Shown here: piece by piece, positions 63,814 through 64,000 of the stretch
How the letters are laid out: each line of letters starts with the position of its first letter
How positions within the stretch are numbered: position 1 is the stretch's first letter
DNA from: an uncultured Alphaproteobacteria bacterium
GTDB lineage: Bacteria > Pseudomonadota > Alphaproteobacteria > CAZZKF01
NCBI GenBank assembly: GCA_964654995.1
Contig: CAZZKF010000005.1
Span: 1,616 to 65,615 of the forward strand
Length of the DNA: 64,000 nt
Reading direction: 5' to 3'
Made by a program: the position numbers and the translations under genes
The notes under the pieces: generated by a model
Seen by the model: the letters and a program-made list of their open reading frames with translations, nothing else
Database searches by the model: none
Told to the model about the DNA's origin: nothing

Positions 63814-64000
63814 TCAATCCGCCACACGCCGGATGCGCAGGCGCTTGATGCGGCGGGGATCGGCGTCGACAACTTCGAATTCGATGCCGGCCGGATGGGT
63901 GACGACCTCGCCGCGATCAGGGACCCGGCCGGCCAGCGCCACCACCAGCCCGCCCAATGTGTCGATGTCCTCGTCGCGCTCCTCATCAAGCAGATCGAGC
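63814..64000 (-). CDS. CorC/HlyC (YbeX) family transporter-associated protein, C-terminal end only (gene continues beyond the window)
   Basis: Hand translation of the minus strand gives ...LDLLDEERDEDIDTLGGLVVALAGRVPDRGEVVTHPAGIEFEVVDADPRRIKRLRIRRVAD*. This is the canonical CorC_HlyC C-terminal domain, with a TGA at 63814-63816. It lies directly upstream of lnt, as in ybeX-lnt operons. Confidence 0.75.
   Translation of the reverse strand, partial: LDLLDEERDEDIDTLGGLVVALAGRVPDRGEVVTHPAGIEFEVVDADPRRIKRLRIRRVAD

Overview
High-GC (about 65-70%) proteobacterial chromosomal segment, most likely from an alphaproteobacterium. Three things point that way: the RegB/RegA-SenC redox module, an Irr-like Fur regulator with an ICE-like box, and the rpsT-dnaA-dnaN-recF-gyrB gene order. 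The window is almost entirely core and housekeeping genes. I found no transposases, integrases, CRISPR arrays or phage genes.

Content, left to right:
1. A hopanoid lipid cluster on the minus strand. It contains squalene-hopene cyclase (5'-truncated by the window edge and missed by the ORF track), hpnE, one squalene/phytoene-synthase-family gene and dxs.
2. An HpnB-like GT2 glycosyltransferase and a PhyH-family 2OG dioxygenase.
3. Divergent from these, a phosphonate biosynthesis pair. PEP mutase is fused to a nucleotidyltransferase domain, followed by phosphonopyruvate decarboxylase.
4. Two unknown ORFs, an enoyl-CoA hydratase and rpsT.
5. An AT-rich intergenic region, then a rhodanese gene and dnaA-dnaN-recF-gyrB. 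This is the replication-initiation locus.
6. A class A PBP, ycgN-senC, an ankyrin-repeat gene and regB-regA.
7. A LapG-like BTLCP periplasmic cysteine protease. Divergent from it is a membrane sensor whose C-terminal HD-GYP domain has lost its catalytic motifs. A PPP-family protein phosphatase follows. This is a candidate signalling module.
8. yaaA, a TauE/SafE exporter, lemA-htpX, pyrE, mutM, ubiE-ubiB and coaBC-dut.
9. An Rrf2 regulator, cysK, a moeB/thiF-like E1 gene and a DsrE-like gene.
10. A 2-hydroxyacid dehydrogenase and an SH3b protein.
11. A DUF3501 gene, an Fe-S CCG protein and rubrerythrin, beside an Irr-like regulator.
12. An NMO-like oxidoreductase.
13. pnp-rpsO-truB-rbfA-infB-(ylxR::L7Ae)-nusA-rimP, then trmB, metK, an XRE regulator, lnt and the 3' end of corC/ybeX.

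Many long ORFs in the provided track are antisense or alternate-frame artefacts of the high GC content. I rejected those in favour of the genes listed. All functional assignments come from reading the protein motifs by eye. I ran no database searches.
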